Positions 22,604-34,608 of a DNA stretch of 64,000 bases are shown in pieces. The stretch comes from Eledone cirrhosa (lineage: Eukaryota). The stretch is from assembly GCA_964016885.1 (NCBI GenBank), contig OZ024740.1, forward strand, positions 67,518,001 through 67,582,000, written 5' to 3'. Under the pieces are notes generated by a model. The model was not told the origin of the DNA and ran no database searches. It saw only the letters and a program-made list of their open reading frames with translations. The translations under genes were made by a program, and so were the position numbers. Position 1 is the first letter of the stretch; each line of letters begins with the position of its first letter.

Positions 22604-25600
22604 GGGAAGAAGACGCACGAGGTGACGGAGGTCATGAAATCGCTCCCGTAAGTTTTGAATTTTTAACATATTTAAATCATTTGTGAAATAACAACTCTTA
22701 GTACAAATGCTGCGTAAAGCACCCGGCTTGAGCCCCAAAAGATTCGGACCCAAAATATATTGTTATAAGGCTCAAATATTCAAATATTCAACTTTGTATT
22801 GCACACTGTATATCCAAAAAAAAAATGGCTATAAATGGAAGAAGAAGAACCCCCCCCCCTCCTCTCCTCTGGCTACACTATATAGGACAGCTAAACTCAC
22901 CAACACCAGAAACTAGATACACCACCCACCCCATCATCTGTGTACACTAAACACAACAGCCAGATAACGACATTTTCACCTTCACCGCCACCGCTCACTA
23001 CGGCCATCATTACCACCACTATCCCATCACCGCCGCCACCACCCCTTGACTCCTTCACTACTGCCACCGCTACAGCACCATCACTACAGTAATACGGTCA
23101 CATCACCGCCACCACTGCCTCGGTATCGACATCACCACCACCACTGTCTCAGTATCGCTACCGCCGCCAGTCTCCCACTTCCCCCTGCTGGCTGCTACTT
23201 CCACATTATAGAATTCCTACTACTAACAAAGAGGAAGGCATCAAAATATATAGATAGACTCAAAAGAAAAAAGAAAAAACAAACAACAAAACCAAAGCAG
23301 CACAGCAACAACAGCAAAAACGAGAAAAACAAACAGACAAAAACAAAAACAAAAAAAGAAACCCCAAAAACGTAAAGAAAATAAGAATGAAGAGAGAAGC
23401 AGGCGGACGGACAGAGAAGAGGGGGGAAAAAGTAAAACTTAAAAAACAAAAACTAAGTCAGACATTCGAACACTACATTACAATGAAACTTATGCTTATT
23501 CATTTTTGGGGCCCTTTCTGCCTGTGTGTTTGTTTGTTTATGTGTGTTCGTATACAGCGTGGTGATAATGCCACACAAGGGCCAAGTGGGATGGCGGATC
23601 CACAGATGGCTATGTAACTATACATTCGCCAATCCTCGATAAGAGTGTTTAAATATCGAACATAAACAGTTCGAATAACGGTGAAATGGAGACTAGAACG
23701 TCATGTGACAGACTCTCACCCAACAGGTGCCCCCTGGCTCAGCAGCAGGAACCTGACTGTCAACCAAATACTGCTGATGTTGGAGGAAGAAGAAGAAGGA
23801 AAGGGGCCAGAACCAACTGGACGAAAGAATTGAATAGAACTGTTATGCAATGCTACCTGAAAAGTAACCCCAAGGAGAGGGGCTACAGGAGACGGATGCA
23901 TAACATCTGGAACGAGATTGGTTTATTTAAATTAGATGAACAAAAATTGGCCGGGCAGGCTCGGGTAATAAGAACTAATGGGTGGATAAGCGAGCTGGAA
24001 CTGGAGGAACTGAGCAGAGAGAATGGCTTGGAGATGGCGGGTGTAGTATGCCAGACAAGCGAGCCGGTGGGAAATGAAGGTGAGGAGGTCCTGAGAACGG
24101 AGGAACCACCCGAAGCAGACAATGATCTGAATACTGAGATAAATAATACCTGGAACAGAGATACGGCCACTGAGGAGATGAATGCTGACGGGCTAGGACA
24201 AGATTCGGTTGACATCCTAAATTTAGTGGTAGATGAATTGAACAATGATAGTGGGAGACCTATGAACCTAAGATTTGTAGACAGGAAAAAGTTAAAAGAA
24301 ACAACAGCTAAGGTAAACAAAGTCATCCCATACCTTGAGGCGAGGAGCCTTCACCAGTGCAACAATATCCTCAAAGCAACAGCAAATACGGTGAGGAAAC
24401 TACTTGGTATAAAAGCGAGAGGAAACAACAGACAAGAAAGAGCAGAGCCGTGGTGGAAGAAGCGACTGAGTGGGCAAATCGGGGAAATGAGAAATGACAT
24501 AGGAAAGCTTGAGTCACTACTGAATGGGACACTAAAAAACATAGGCACTAAAAATAGACTGGAAATAAAATACAAAACTAGGAGTAAAAAGCTAAATATT
24601 ATCATAGGGGAATTGAAGCAACGCATTGTAGCAAAGAGTGCAAAAATCAGGCGATACGAGAACAGAGTCAGTCAGTATAAACAGAACCGCATGTTCGACA
24701 ACAACCAGAAGATGCTGTTTGGACAGCTTGAGGGGAAAGAAAGAGGCAACGACTTGATCCCTGGGGCGGAACAAACTAAAACATTCTGGAGAGGAATATG
24801 GGAGCAGGATGTTAGACACAATGCCCAGGCAGGGTGGATTGAGACAGTACAGAGGGAGATCGGTGAGCAGGCACAACAACAGACTGATTTGAGTATCACA
24901 GTTGAAACTCTTAAGGGGCAAGCCAAAAAACTAACCAACTGGAAATCACCAGGCCCAGATGGTGTGCAGGGGTATTGGATTAAACATTTAACATCCCTCC
25001 ACCCGAAGCTGACGGCCATGTTCAATGACTGCTTGGTGTCGGGTGAGGTGCCAGAGTGGTTGACAAAAGGTACCACAGTTCTGATAATGAAAGACCGAAT
25101 CAAGGGTAATGATGTTACCAACTATAGACCTATCACATGTCTGCCCGTAATGTGGAAACTGTTGACGAGCATTGTGTCTGAGGAAATTTACCATCACCTC
25201 CACACAAACAACTTGTTACCGGACGAACAGAAAGGATGCCGAAAGAAGTCACGTGGTACAAAGGACCAGTTGCTTATTGATAAGATGGTAATGGGGAATT
25301 GCAGGAGGAGACACACTGATCTTGCCATGGGATGGATAGACTACAGAAAGGCATTTGACATGGTGCCTCATTCCTGGATCACCAAAAGCCTGGAGATCTT
25401 CAGGGTGGCGGATAACATCAGACAGTTGCTAGGCAGGAGTATGGGGTCCTGGGAGACAGAGCTGACATCAACTGGAGTATCCTTGGGAAGCGTGAAGATC
25501 AAGAGAGGTATCTTCCAGGGAGATAGCCTGTCCCCTCTGTTGTTTGTCCTTGCCCTGATGCCCTTGACCATTATGCTGCGAAAAGTGAGAGCAGGATACA

Positions 25601-27152
25601 AGTTGGGAAGGGGAGAGCTTACCATCAATCACCTCCTCTTCATGGACGATCTTAAGCTCTTCGGGAAAAGTGAGAAGGAGTTGGATGTGCTTGTTGACAC
25701 TGTCCGTATTTTCAGCAGTGATATATGTATGCAGTTTGGTATTGGTAAATGTGGAGTCATTGTGATGAGGAGGGGTAGGTTGAGCAGAAGTAACGGGATC
25801 CAGATACCAACAGGTGAGATGATAAAGGAAATTGACTCTGAGGAAGGATACAAGTATTTGGGCGTCCTGGAGGCTGATGGCATAAAGAACAAAAAAATGA
25901 AGGAATTGTTAAGAACTGAATACATTCGGAGAGTAAGGAGCGTATTGAAGTCACATCTGAACAGCAGAAATGCCATAAGCGCAGTAAATTCCCGAGCTGT
26001 GTCTATTATTAGGTACAGTGCGGGAATTCTGAGATGGAATGTTGCTGAACAAAAAGAAATGGATAGGAAGACTAGGAAGCTATTGACTATCTACAACATG
26101 TTCCACAAGAGGAGTGATGTCGATAGACTCTACCTAAGGAGATCTGAGGGTGGAAGAGGTCTTATCAGCATAGAGGACTGTGTTCAGATGGAGAAAAACA
26201 ACCTATACAAATACATGACCTATAGTAAGGAGCCAATGCTCAGAACTGTACTGAAGGAGGGGACAGTAGGCCAGGGGATGTCCAAGGAGGAAATAACATC
26301 AAGGAGGAAGAGCAGCCTTAAGGGAAAATCCCTTCATAGTACCTTCTTTGAGAAAACTGAATTTAGAGATCCACAGACATGGAACTGGTTGAGAAGAGGA
26401 GACCTCAAAAAGGCTACAGAAGGAATGCTAATGGCTGCGCAGGAGCAGGCCCTCAAAACGAAGTGGTTGAAGCACCATATCTACAAGGAGGAGGCTAGCC
26501 CACTGTGCAGGATCTGTGGAGAGAGAGAGGAGACTGTGGCTCACATTGTGTCCGAGTGTAAACACCTAGCCCAGACCCACTATAAGGGCTGGAGACACGA
26601 TGTGATGGGCAGGGTGATCCACTGGCAACTGTGCAAAGTAAACAATCTACCACATTCTGAGAAATGGTATGAGCATAGGCCAGAGGCGGTGATGGAGAAC
26701 AATCAGGTGAAGGTGCTGTGGGATTTTAGGATACAGACGGACAAAAAACTGGAACACAATAGACCTGACCTGGTGGTTGTGAACAAAGAAAAAAGATCGT
26801 GCCTGATTGTGGATGTGGCCTGCCCGTTCGACACGAGAGTGCAAGAGAAGGAGAGGGAGAAAATTAACCGATACCAGGACCTAAAGTGGGAGGTGAAAAG
26901 GATTTGGAACTGCCATGAAGTCAAAGTGATCCCGATTGTCATAGGCGCACTGGGGACTATCTCCAAAAGTTTCCAGGGATGGTTAAAGAAAATCGGCCCC
27001 TTCACGCTTTTTGGAACGCTTCAAAAGGCATGCTTGCTTGGAACAGCAGGAACCCTCCGATACGTCCTGAATATCTGAGGCTGCAGGTAGTGGCTTGATA
27101 TTCAATCCAACGGACTTTCCAGTTAACCAACATCAATGACTGAGATTCAAGG
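22604..27152 (+). mobile_element. Apparently full-length R4/Dong-clade non-LTR retrotransposon in (TAA)n
   Basis: Single intact ORF with RT and RLE domains, ~75-nt 3'UTR, (AAT)n on both flanks. Dong elements are known to target TAA repeats. The 5' boundary is inferred from the repeat edge. Confidence 0.85.
23686..27078 (+). CDS. R4/Dong polyprotein: reverse transcriptase, CCHC and restriction-like (PD-D/ExK) endonuclease, 1130 aa
   Basis: KSPGPDG, YRPITCL, WIDYRKAFD, GIFQGDSLSP, FMDD, GGRG; CRICGEREETVAHIVSEC; RHD; RPDLVV...IVDVACP...KINRY. No stop codons. Confidence 0.95.
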   Translation: METRTSCDRLSPNRCPLAQQQEPDCQPNTADVGGRRRRKGARTNWTKELNRTVMQCYLKSNPKERGYRRRMHNIWNEIGLFKLDEQKLAGQARVIRTNGWISELELEELSRENGLEMAGVVCQTSEPVGNEGEEVLRTEEPPEADNDLNTEINNTWNRDTATEEMNADGLGQDSVDILNLVVDELNNDSGRPMNLRFVDRKKLKETTAKVNKVIPYLEARSLHQCNNILKATANTVRKLLGIKARGNNRQERAEPWWKKRLSGQIGEMRNDIGKLESLLNGTLKNIGTKNRLEIKYKTRSKKLNIIIGELKQRIVAKSAKIRRYENRVSQYKQNRMFDNNQKMLFGQLEGKERGNDLIPGAEQTKTFWRGIWEQDVRHNAQAGWIETVQREIGEQAQQQTDLSITVETLKGQAKKLTNWKSPGPDGVQGYWIKHLTSLHPKLTAMFNDCLVSGEVPEWLTKGTTVLIMKDRIKGNDVTNYRPITCLPVMWKLLTSIVSEEIYHHLHTNNLLPDEQKGCRKKSRGTKDQLLIDKMVMGNCRRRHTDLAMGWIDYRKAFDMVPHSWITKSLEIFRVADNIRQLLGRSMGSWETELTSTGVSLGSVKIKRGIFQGDSLSPLLFVLALMPLTIMLRKVRAGYKLGRGELTINHLLFMDDLKLFGKSEKELDVLVDTVRIFSSDICMQFGIGKCGVIVMRRGRLSRSNGIQIPTGEMIKEIDSEEGYKYLGVLEADGIKNKKMKELLRTEYIRRVRSVLKSHLNSRNAISAVNSRAVSIIRYSAGILRWNVAEQKEMDRKTRKLLTIYNMFHKRSDVDRLYLRRSEGGRGLISIEDCVQMEKNNLYKYMTYSKEPMLRTVLKEGTVGQGMSKEEITSRRKSSLKGKSLHSTFFEKTEFRDPQTWNWLRRGDLKKATEGMLMAAQEQALKTKWLKHHIYKEEASPLCRICGEREETVAHIVSECKHLAQTHYKGWRHDVMGRVIHWQLCKVNNLPHSEKWYEHRPEAVMENNQVKVLWDFRIQTDKKLEHNRPDLVVVNKEKRSCLIVDVACPFDTRVQEKEREKINRYQDLKWEVKRIWNCHEVKVIPIVIGALGTISKSFQGWLKKIGPFTLFGTLQKACLLGTAGTLRYVLNI

Positions 27153-27180
27153 AATAACAATAACAATAATAATAATAATA

Positions 27181-27681
27181 ATTCTGAGAAGTGATATGAG
27201 CATAAGCCAGAGTCGGTGATAGAAAACGATGAGGTGAAGGTGCTATGGGATTTTAGAATACAGACGGACAAGAAATTAGAACACAATAGACCTGACCTGG
27301 TGGTTTTGGACAAGGAAAATTGATCGTGCCTGATTGTAGTCGTAGCCTGCCTATTTGACACGAGAGTGCAAGAAAAGGAGAGGGAGAAAATTAACCGATA
27401 CCAGGATTTAAAGTGGGAGTTAAAAAGGATTTGGAACTGCCATGAAATCAAGGTCGTCCCGATTGTCATAGGCGCACTAGGTACTATCTCAAAGAGTTTC
27501 CAAGGATGGTTAAAGAAGATTAATCCAGCCCCGCTTTTTGGAACACTTCAAAAGGCATGCTTGCTGGGAACAGCAAGAACCCACTGATACGTCCTGAATG
27601 TCTGAGGCTGCAGGTAACGGCTTGATATTCATTTCAACAAACCTTCCAGTTAAATAACATCAATGACTGAGACTGAAAGAA
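27181..27681 (+). mobile_element. Diverged 5'-truncated Dong 3' stub (RLE region)
   Basis: Homologous to 26655-27152 with many substitutions and stops; flanked by AAT repeats. Confidence 0.9.
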
Positions 27682-27700
27682 CAATAATAATGATAATAAT

Positions 27701-27886
27701 AGTTTCTACTTTTGGCACAAGGCCAGCAATTTTTCCCAGCGTATTACTGGTACTTTATTCTATCGACCCCATAAGGATGAAAGGCAATGTTTAACTCGGC
27801 GGGATTTGACCTCAGACCATAAAGGGCCGTAACTCTTTGCTGCAAAGCATGGCGTTCCGACCCTCTACTGATACTGCCAATCCCCC
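27701..27886 (-). mobile_element. tRNA-derived SINE, same family as 21668
   Basis: Colinear with 21668-21853; AAT flanks. Confidence 0.82.
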
Positions 27887-27906
27887 TAATAATAATAACA
27901 ATAATA

Positions 27907-27941
<35 letters not shown>

Positions 27942-28365
27942 ATGTTACTACTATACGGGTGTATGCTGCATCCTTTTAAACACCGCATGACTAATTGTTT
28001 CCCTCATCAGCACCACACAAATTATTGACTGTAATGTTGTCGATGATACTGAGGAGGATGATAATGAACATGAGAAGATGGAGTAGGAAGACCACGATGA
28101 GATTGCTGCTGCTGCTGCTGCTGAAGATTATGATAATCTAATTTCATTAACGAAACGTTCATTCTTTCGACTCTTGTGAAAAGAAGTTTCTACTATATCT
28201 AAAACAATTGCTTCCTAATAACAAACCATTTCATCTACAAGGTATATACGCAGCTGGATTAGTGGAATTTTCAAAAGGTTCAATGCGATGCCTTTTTCAA
28301 GTATATATCCTTGGCCCTACGACACATGCGGCTACCTGGGTGAAAAAGAATACGAACTAAAATGT

Positions 28366-28494
28366 AGAAGAAGGAGGAGAAGAAGAAGAAGAAGAAGAAG
28401 AAGAAGAAGAAGAAGAAGAAGAAGAAGAAGAAGAAGAAGAAGAAGAAGAAGAAGAAGAAGAAGAAGAAGAAGAAGAAGAAGAAGAAGAAGAAGA
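28366..28494. repeat. (AGA)n microsatellite
   Basis: Visible trinucleotide array. Confidence 0.95.
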
Positions 28495-29048
28495 TTGCAA
28501 GAGAACTTCAGGTGAAGGATTAGAGGAGAAAAAAGAGTGAGGTGGTGGAGAAGTAGAGAAGGTAGTAGGGTTTTGAAATGGAAGTGAGGAATATTTTGGG
28601 TGTGAGGGGGGATTATTGCTAGTTGAAGGAAACTAGATTGTGTAGTTAGCGAGGTTCTACACTGATTTAGTGACTGATCCATTTCCATTCTGTTCTAGTT
28701 TCTTGCTTACTTTTTTATTCCAACCGCCGCCGCTAAAAGTAATGATCAGCCCTGACCGAAGTGTGTCGAAAAACATGGGAGAGGTCCACTGATTATGTAT
28801 TGGCTAGCATACTCAATATAGTGAGCTAAAAATATTTTTTTTAATCAAATGAATTGAAACCTACAAGTCAAGGAAAAATCCTTCGAGATAATGACAAAGC
28901 TTGTCAAGTAAGGCAAGAACGAACATTTCGAAATCTAAATGGATTACAAATTAAATTGACACAAACAGTTGAGAGTATGTTTTAAATTTGGTTAAGTGAA
29001 ATTATATTACCGAAAATGTTTCGTTCGTTTTATCTGGAGTATATATAA

Positions 29049-29225
29049 AGAGGGTAGACTGGTAGAATCGTTAGTGAGTTGAACAATATGTTTGTGGCAT
29101 TTGTTCAGGCTTTTGAGGTTCTGAATTTAATCGAGGTTAACTTTGTCATCCATCCTTGCGATATCCACAAAATAAACTACCAGTGAAGTTTTGGGGTCGA
29201 TAAACTCGACTTTCCTCCTGCCCCA
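29049..29225 (+). mobile_element. Old diverged tRNA-derived SINE (Nin-like domain)
   Basis: TGGTAGAATCGTTAG A-box-like motif; GTTAACTTTGTCATCCATCC...AAAATAAACTACCAG resembles the central domain of the 21668 SINE. Confidence 0.6.
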
Positions 29226-29269
29226 ACTTACACCTGGAATGATTTTTTTTCCGGAATGGTTCTCAGCTT

Positions 29270-29880
29270 CACTGCCACAATCCGCAGGTTGCCCCTCCCC
29301 CATCAATGAAGAATTAGCAACATTTTTACACTCTCCCCACTAAAAATAAAAACAAATTGAATGAGCCAGAAACTTATGATATGGCTGCCAATTTTCCGAG
29401 CAGACAGCATTCCTAAGACTTCGGAGGACTTTCTAATATTACGCCTTCGTAACTGTTTCTCGTTCTGATGCCTATTCGTGACGGATACCACTTCGGTGAG
29501 CCACACCTTTATTTTGCTCCACACCTGACGTGCCTTTTCGGATCTTGCTTATGTCGGATGCTTTCACTATGATTACAGAGCTTTGGTTTCCAGGTCATAC
29601 CCTTACAACCATATTTTTCATCTCCAGTTATCACGTTATTGCGGAACTGAGGATCGTTGAAGTATCAAGCGAAATTAAAAATCGATCAATCAGTAGTATA
29701 GCACCTCCCACACTGGCTGCTTTCAAGCGACTTACACGTAGCAGCTCACGAAAAACCACGCTTGCTGATGAATGGATGCAGTTCCACTCTGCACCGTTTT
29801 GCCTCCTAACGTCATTAATTCACACGGGTAAAAACATCGGATATTTTATCTACAGACCTAGTTGTATATAGAGAACATAC
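29270..29880 (-). mobile_element. Decayed mariner/Tc1 transposase fragment
   Basis: Minus-strand remnants NVITGDEK...GYDLETKA (~29580-29640) and KARQVWSKIKV (~29500-29545) match the region around the first catalytic D of mariner. Confidence 0.65.
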
Positions 29881-30589
29881 CAATCTTCTTTTGAGTTATG
29901 TTAGCCCTACTTATTATCCAGCTTCCTAGTCACAGTGTTTATATTCAAGGTAAGAAAATAGTTGGAATGAAAGCCATCGATATCTTGTTTCAAATGTTTT
30001 ACGTCAAATCAATCTAAAACTTAATATTACATGCAATTTATAATTGACTATCATATCTTTTATATACATGTATGAGTTCCGGGCTAAAATAAGCCTCACC
30101 AATGCATCTTGTGCAAATATAAAATATTCGAATATTCAAGATTTACGAAGATTAAATTTTATCTTCGTCACTACTTGAATAAACCAACTCACCAACAGGT
30201 TATTTATCAAATTAAGAAGCATATAGTTACTGGAATTAAGAGGAGTATATGTTACCCAAAGAAATAACATCTAAAAAAAAACTAATGAAAAACCAATCAT
30301 GAAACGTGTAAGATTTCGTCATAGTTTCGTATTGCAGTGACTATCAGACGAAATTTGGCTTATGATAATAAAATGTGCGAAAGAAAAAAAATCAGTCCAA
30401 ATAATCATTGAAGCACTAGGTATGATAAAGAAGAACATGAGCAAGAACATACAAAAACATCAGATTTTACAACTTCACACAAAATAAAGTAAAATTTGTT
30501 CTCATAAACATTCCACATCGAAAGTAAGATTTTACAATACACTAGCTCACCTCCCACAATACAGCGCATACATCGTCGGCATAATCAAC

Positions 30590-31003
30590 ACCAAACATCA
30601 CTGATGCTGTTGCAACTGCTATTGCTGGCGATGGTGGTATTTTTAGTCATGCCTATAGTGGTTGTTGTGATATTGTTGTTATATCTCTTCAGAGCACCGT
30701 CCAAATCACGTTTGTGACGCATGCTTTATTCGAGAATTTTCCCGCCTTGGCAGGAGTTGTAGTATTGCGTAACTTCCATTTTTTTTTTTTTCAAAAAAGT
30801 AATTATAGCCCAATTTCAAATTTAAAGTTCATATATTTGGGCCCAAGGCCCAAATATTCTCGGGAGTCCCTTCTTCAGGACAACGAATAAGGCCTTATTG
30901 TCCCTTTGTAACAACATTAAAAAAAAAAATAAATAAACTATAAATGGATGTACACAAACAAAACTTACGGAGCGTAAACAGCCGTGGCCGATCGTTCAAA
31001 GCT
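30590..31003 (-). mobile_element. Orphan Tx1-type 5' end (5'UTR and decayed ORF1 start) of a further family
   Basis: Abuts (AAT)n; CGCTCC-GTAAGT at 30963-30974; TTTGGGCC/GGCCCAAA hairpin; A-run then ATG at 30779, ~225 nt from the 5' end, as in families A-C. Confidence 0.55.
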
Positions 31004-31017
31004 AAATAATAATAATT

Positions 31018-31084
31018 GTTTCTACTTTTGGCACAAGGCCAGCAACTACCCAGTGCATTACTGATACTTTATTTTATCGACCCC
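31018..31084 (-). mobile_element. 5'-truncated SINE 3' stub in (AAT)n
   Basis: Matches the 3' ~65 nt of the SINEs at 21668 and 27701. Confidence 0.8.
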
Positions 31085-34000
31085 AAATAATAATAATAGC
31101 AAGAAGAAGAAGAACGTGTGGTGTGTATGAAATGTTATGATGTGAAAAGAAGCCTGAATTGTCGTTCTCTTAAGCTATGAGAAAATAAATAACAAACATA
31201 AAATCGTACACATGCTAAAATATATTCAACTCGTATCTGCAAACATCTTATCTTATAAATTGACAATATCTGTGTAAAGGTGTGAAATAGTTCTTTCAAT
31301 AAACTATCTTTGAGAAATGAAAAAAAAAAAAAATTTTACGAGGTATGGACAGACATGGCTGCTCTACTATAAAATACAGTGAAACACCAAAATGTCATCG
31401 CTTCAGCAATATATGGGATATCAAAAACATCAACAACAAGTATGGCTTAAGACTCGAAAAATGAAAATGTGAGAAGTGTGAGATGTAACTAGTTCTTGTT
31501 TGTCGTACTATATCCAACAGAAATACAGTAAAGTAAGTCACATTTATTATTTTATCAGATAACAAAAATCTAGGGGATTTGATTGATATCAATATCCGGA
31601 TTTACACAAGTAGAAACGTTTGTTTATATAAATCTTACTCAGAGACGTTAAATTTTTCTACGTTTTTGTTATCTGTTTATTTAAAAAGAAATACTTTTCT
31701 TTATCCTTGCTACAGGAAACACATCAGATTAAGGGTTTTTTTTTTAATATCTCAAAGATTAGAAGATCTCCAAACAATGTTGTTCTTGTACAAAAAGTAT
31801 GATGGAAATGCGATCTAAATGACAGGCTGAAAAGGAAAAAGAACCCCATTGTGCGTAAACACATCCTGGACACTTTTATGAGTCACTACTCTAGAGGAAA
31901 TATATGCTGAAAAGTTTTCAATGGAAAATCAACTAGGCGTTGTTTCCATTACGTTATACAGTGTCATATAACGGTTGTAGCTGAGAATATAAATGTTCGG
32001 CGTGATTGGAATGTTCTTGGAGCAGCGTGTAGTTGAATCCGACGCAAGATGTTGTACCTATGAGTTTCGTGGATCTCGAGATACGCTGGATGATAACGAC
32101 CGCAGAAAAAATACAAGGATGGATGCACGTGGTTGACGTACTGAGAAGGAAGACTCAGCCAGGTCCAAGGAGCAATGAGTATATCTATTGGTTAGTAACT
32201 GGAGTGTGTTAGTTTTAGTTGTCTGTTTTTAGATGCAATTTTGGACTTCTATCTACGTAGCAGCAAGATCATTATATAACATAATAGATGAAAACGCAGT
32301 GAATGCATGTGCTATTAGAAATATATAAAATAGCTAACTAAATGCTACAGAATTATAAAATAATATACATTATTCATCATTTAATCGTGTGTTTTTCTTT
32401 CTCTTTTTGTACATACAGATTCATCATTTAGACGTTTTTTTAAAAATTTCTATGAACAGATATGCGTATATTTAATTTAGTTAGAATTTCTGAGTGTTTA
32501 AATGGGTCTCCAAATGCAATTCTCATATTCTTTTAATGGGTTCACCCCATAGTGTGAAACCACGAAAACAAGAGTAAAATAAAAGAATAAAAAACAAAAG
32601 AATATCTATGTAAACTTTGTGTGTTCGATCAGTTTTCGTCATTTCTCGTTATCACAATTACATACTCAGAATATATTCCTAAATGTTCAGGCTTATATGC
32701 GAGATCCTCTCTAAATACATCAACACTTTCTTAAGAGATATCTTGCTGCTTTTAAATAACATGTTTTCTCGTGTAGCACAAATTAATTTAAAAATTAAAA
32801 TTAAAAATAGACATCATGCAGTTGTAAAATTCTTGAAGAAATATTAGGAAATTTTGAATTTAAAATAAAATAAGAATTCACGTGTGAATAACTGAAGACG
32901 GATGCTTCTTCGATATCGACGAAGAACACTCAGGTGTAGGATCAAGTGAACATCCAATTCGTGGATTAATGTGTAAGTCGTTGTGTGTTCCACACGTAAC
33001 TATATGCTTAAATGTATTATCTACGCCAAATCGTGGCGTTGTATCATTATGTGACAAAGCTGGATCTTTGAATTACAAATATACTTCCTTTGAGGGACTT
33101 TCACACACCTTTCAATTCCTTAATTTCGTTCACAAGCATTTGGTCGACTTGCGCGAAATCTCTATCAGTAGTATGGAAACTGCGAGGACCCATGATGGCA
33201 AAACGTGTTTCTTTTACAACCTAGACATGCCTACATACACTGAATAAATAATATCGTATCTACGAGGGTCTTCAGGTTATAGTAGATATAGAAGAAACAG
33301 CAGCAACAAGATCAGCAACAACAGCAATAGTCATTGTATTAGAAGCAGAAAGCTGCCAACTACGATAATACTAAAACTGTCACAGTGGGTTGTGTAAAAA
33401 ACGCAATGTAACATATTGTAAGTCATGTTCACGGGTAGATACTATTAAATGTTAGTATTGATGTTGCTTTTTATCCTATTTTATTTATTTTTATCTTTCA
33501 AACGAAGTCGGGTCATTGCTCCACCGTGGTGATCTATAATTACAAGCAAGCCAGAGCAGACGCTGTAACTCTAATTGTTTGACATAGGCAGTTCAAATAC
33601 AATTAATTTTCTTTCATAAAAATTCTCCTGAATGCCAAGAAAATAGTGTTCTTTATTTTTCCGTTTTGACACGTTAGGATATCTACATTATTGTCCCAGT
33701 GTGTTACATAATATAGGCGTAGCGATTACTCGTCTGTCTTCGGTATAATAGCCATAATTCCACCTCTTAGAAAAGTTATTTACTTGAATACATAAAATGC
33801 TCATAAAAATAGACACTTTATTCTAATAGGTATTATTAAGAACGATTCTTCTTGAATTCCCTAAGTTAGAAGCTAAATATATAAGATCACTATCAAATTC
33901 AAGATAAAGAAAAAAATATCACTTAGACGTCACTGATTTTCCCCTTCTATGAGGTGCTTTCAAATTTGAATGCAACCATTTACGACCAAACAACATTGAA

Positions 34001-34608
34001 GTTGTGTTGTTTTCTAGTGTTATAGAACAACCATTCCGAAGAAATGCTATACTGAACGCTAGCATTAGAACTGGTTGAATTGGGAGTCTCAGTAGGGATA
34101 CTAAAATGCAGGGTGGTGTGGGAGAGTCATTCGAAGGCAAGACTGGTAAAAGAGGAAAAGGCCAAAAATAAAAATTAGTAACCTGTTCGAGACGCCTTTT
34201 CCATTATCTCCGCCGGGGCTGTGGGGAGGCCACCAATATGATTGACTGACTTGTCATTTTATCAGTCAGATGTTTTTAGACATCACACAGTTAATTATGA
34301 TTCATTCTGTGCTGTAGATATATTCATACCATAGATACCCAATAAATGCTTCAATTTAATATTAAAAATATATATAATAAACATTAGAATCAAGTGTATA
34401 AATGTTTGTTGAACATTACACTGTGTTTGTGGGAGGTGCCTATATCGGAGAATGTACTCTAAAAAGGAGGGATGCAAGTACCTAAAAGTTTAAGAAAAAC
34501 TACTATGGAGGGAAATGCCCAGGAGTTAGGTTATAGAATAAAGGGTGAATGACAGATTTAAACACTGGTTCAGTACACTGGAAGTAATATGAGTTGTACT
34601 TATTTCAC

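Noticed and set aside
23560-23650. Possible HDV-like ribozyme upstream of the Dong ORF
   Set aside because: Could not build the nested double pseudoknot by eye; needs a motif search.
28288-28688. Poly-Arg and poly-Leu ORFs
   Set aside because: (AGA)n microsatellite.
31860-32170. Possible second mariner remnant
   Set aside because: Only faint motif similarity; not supportable.
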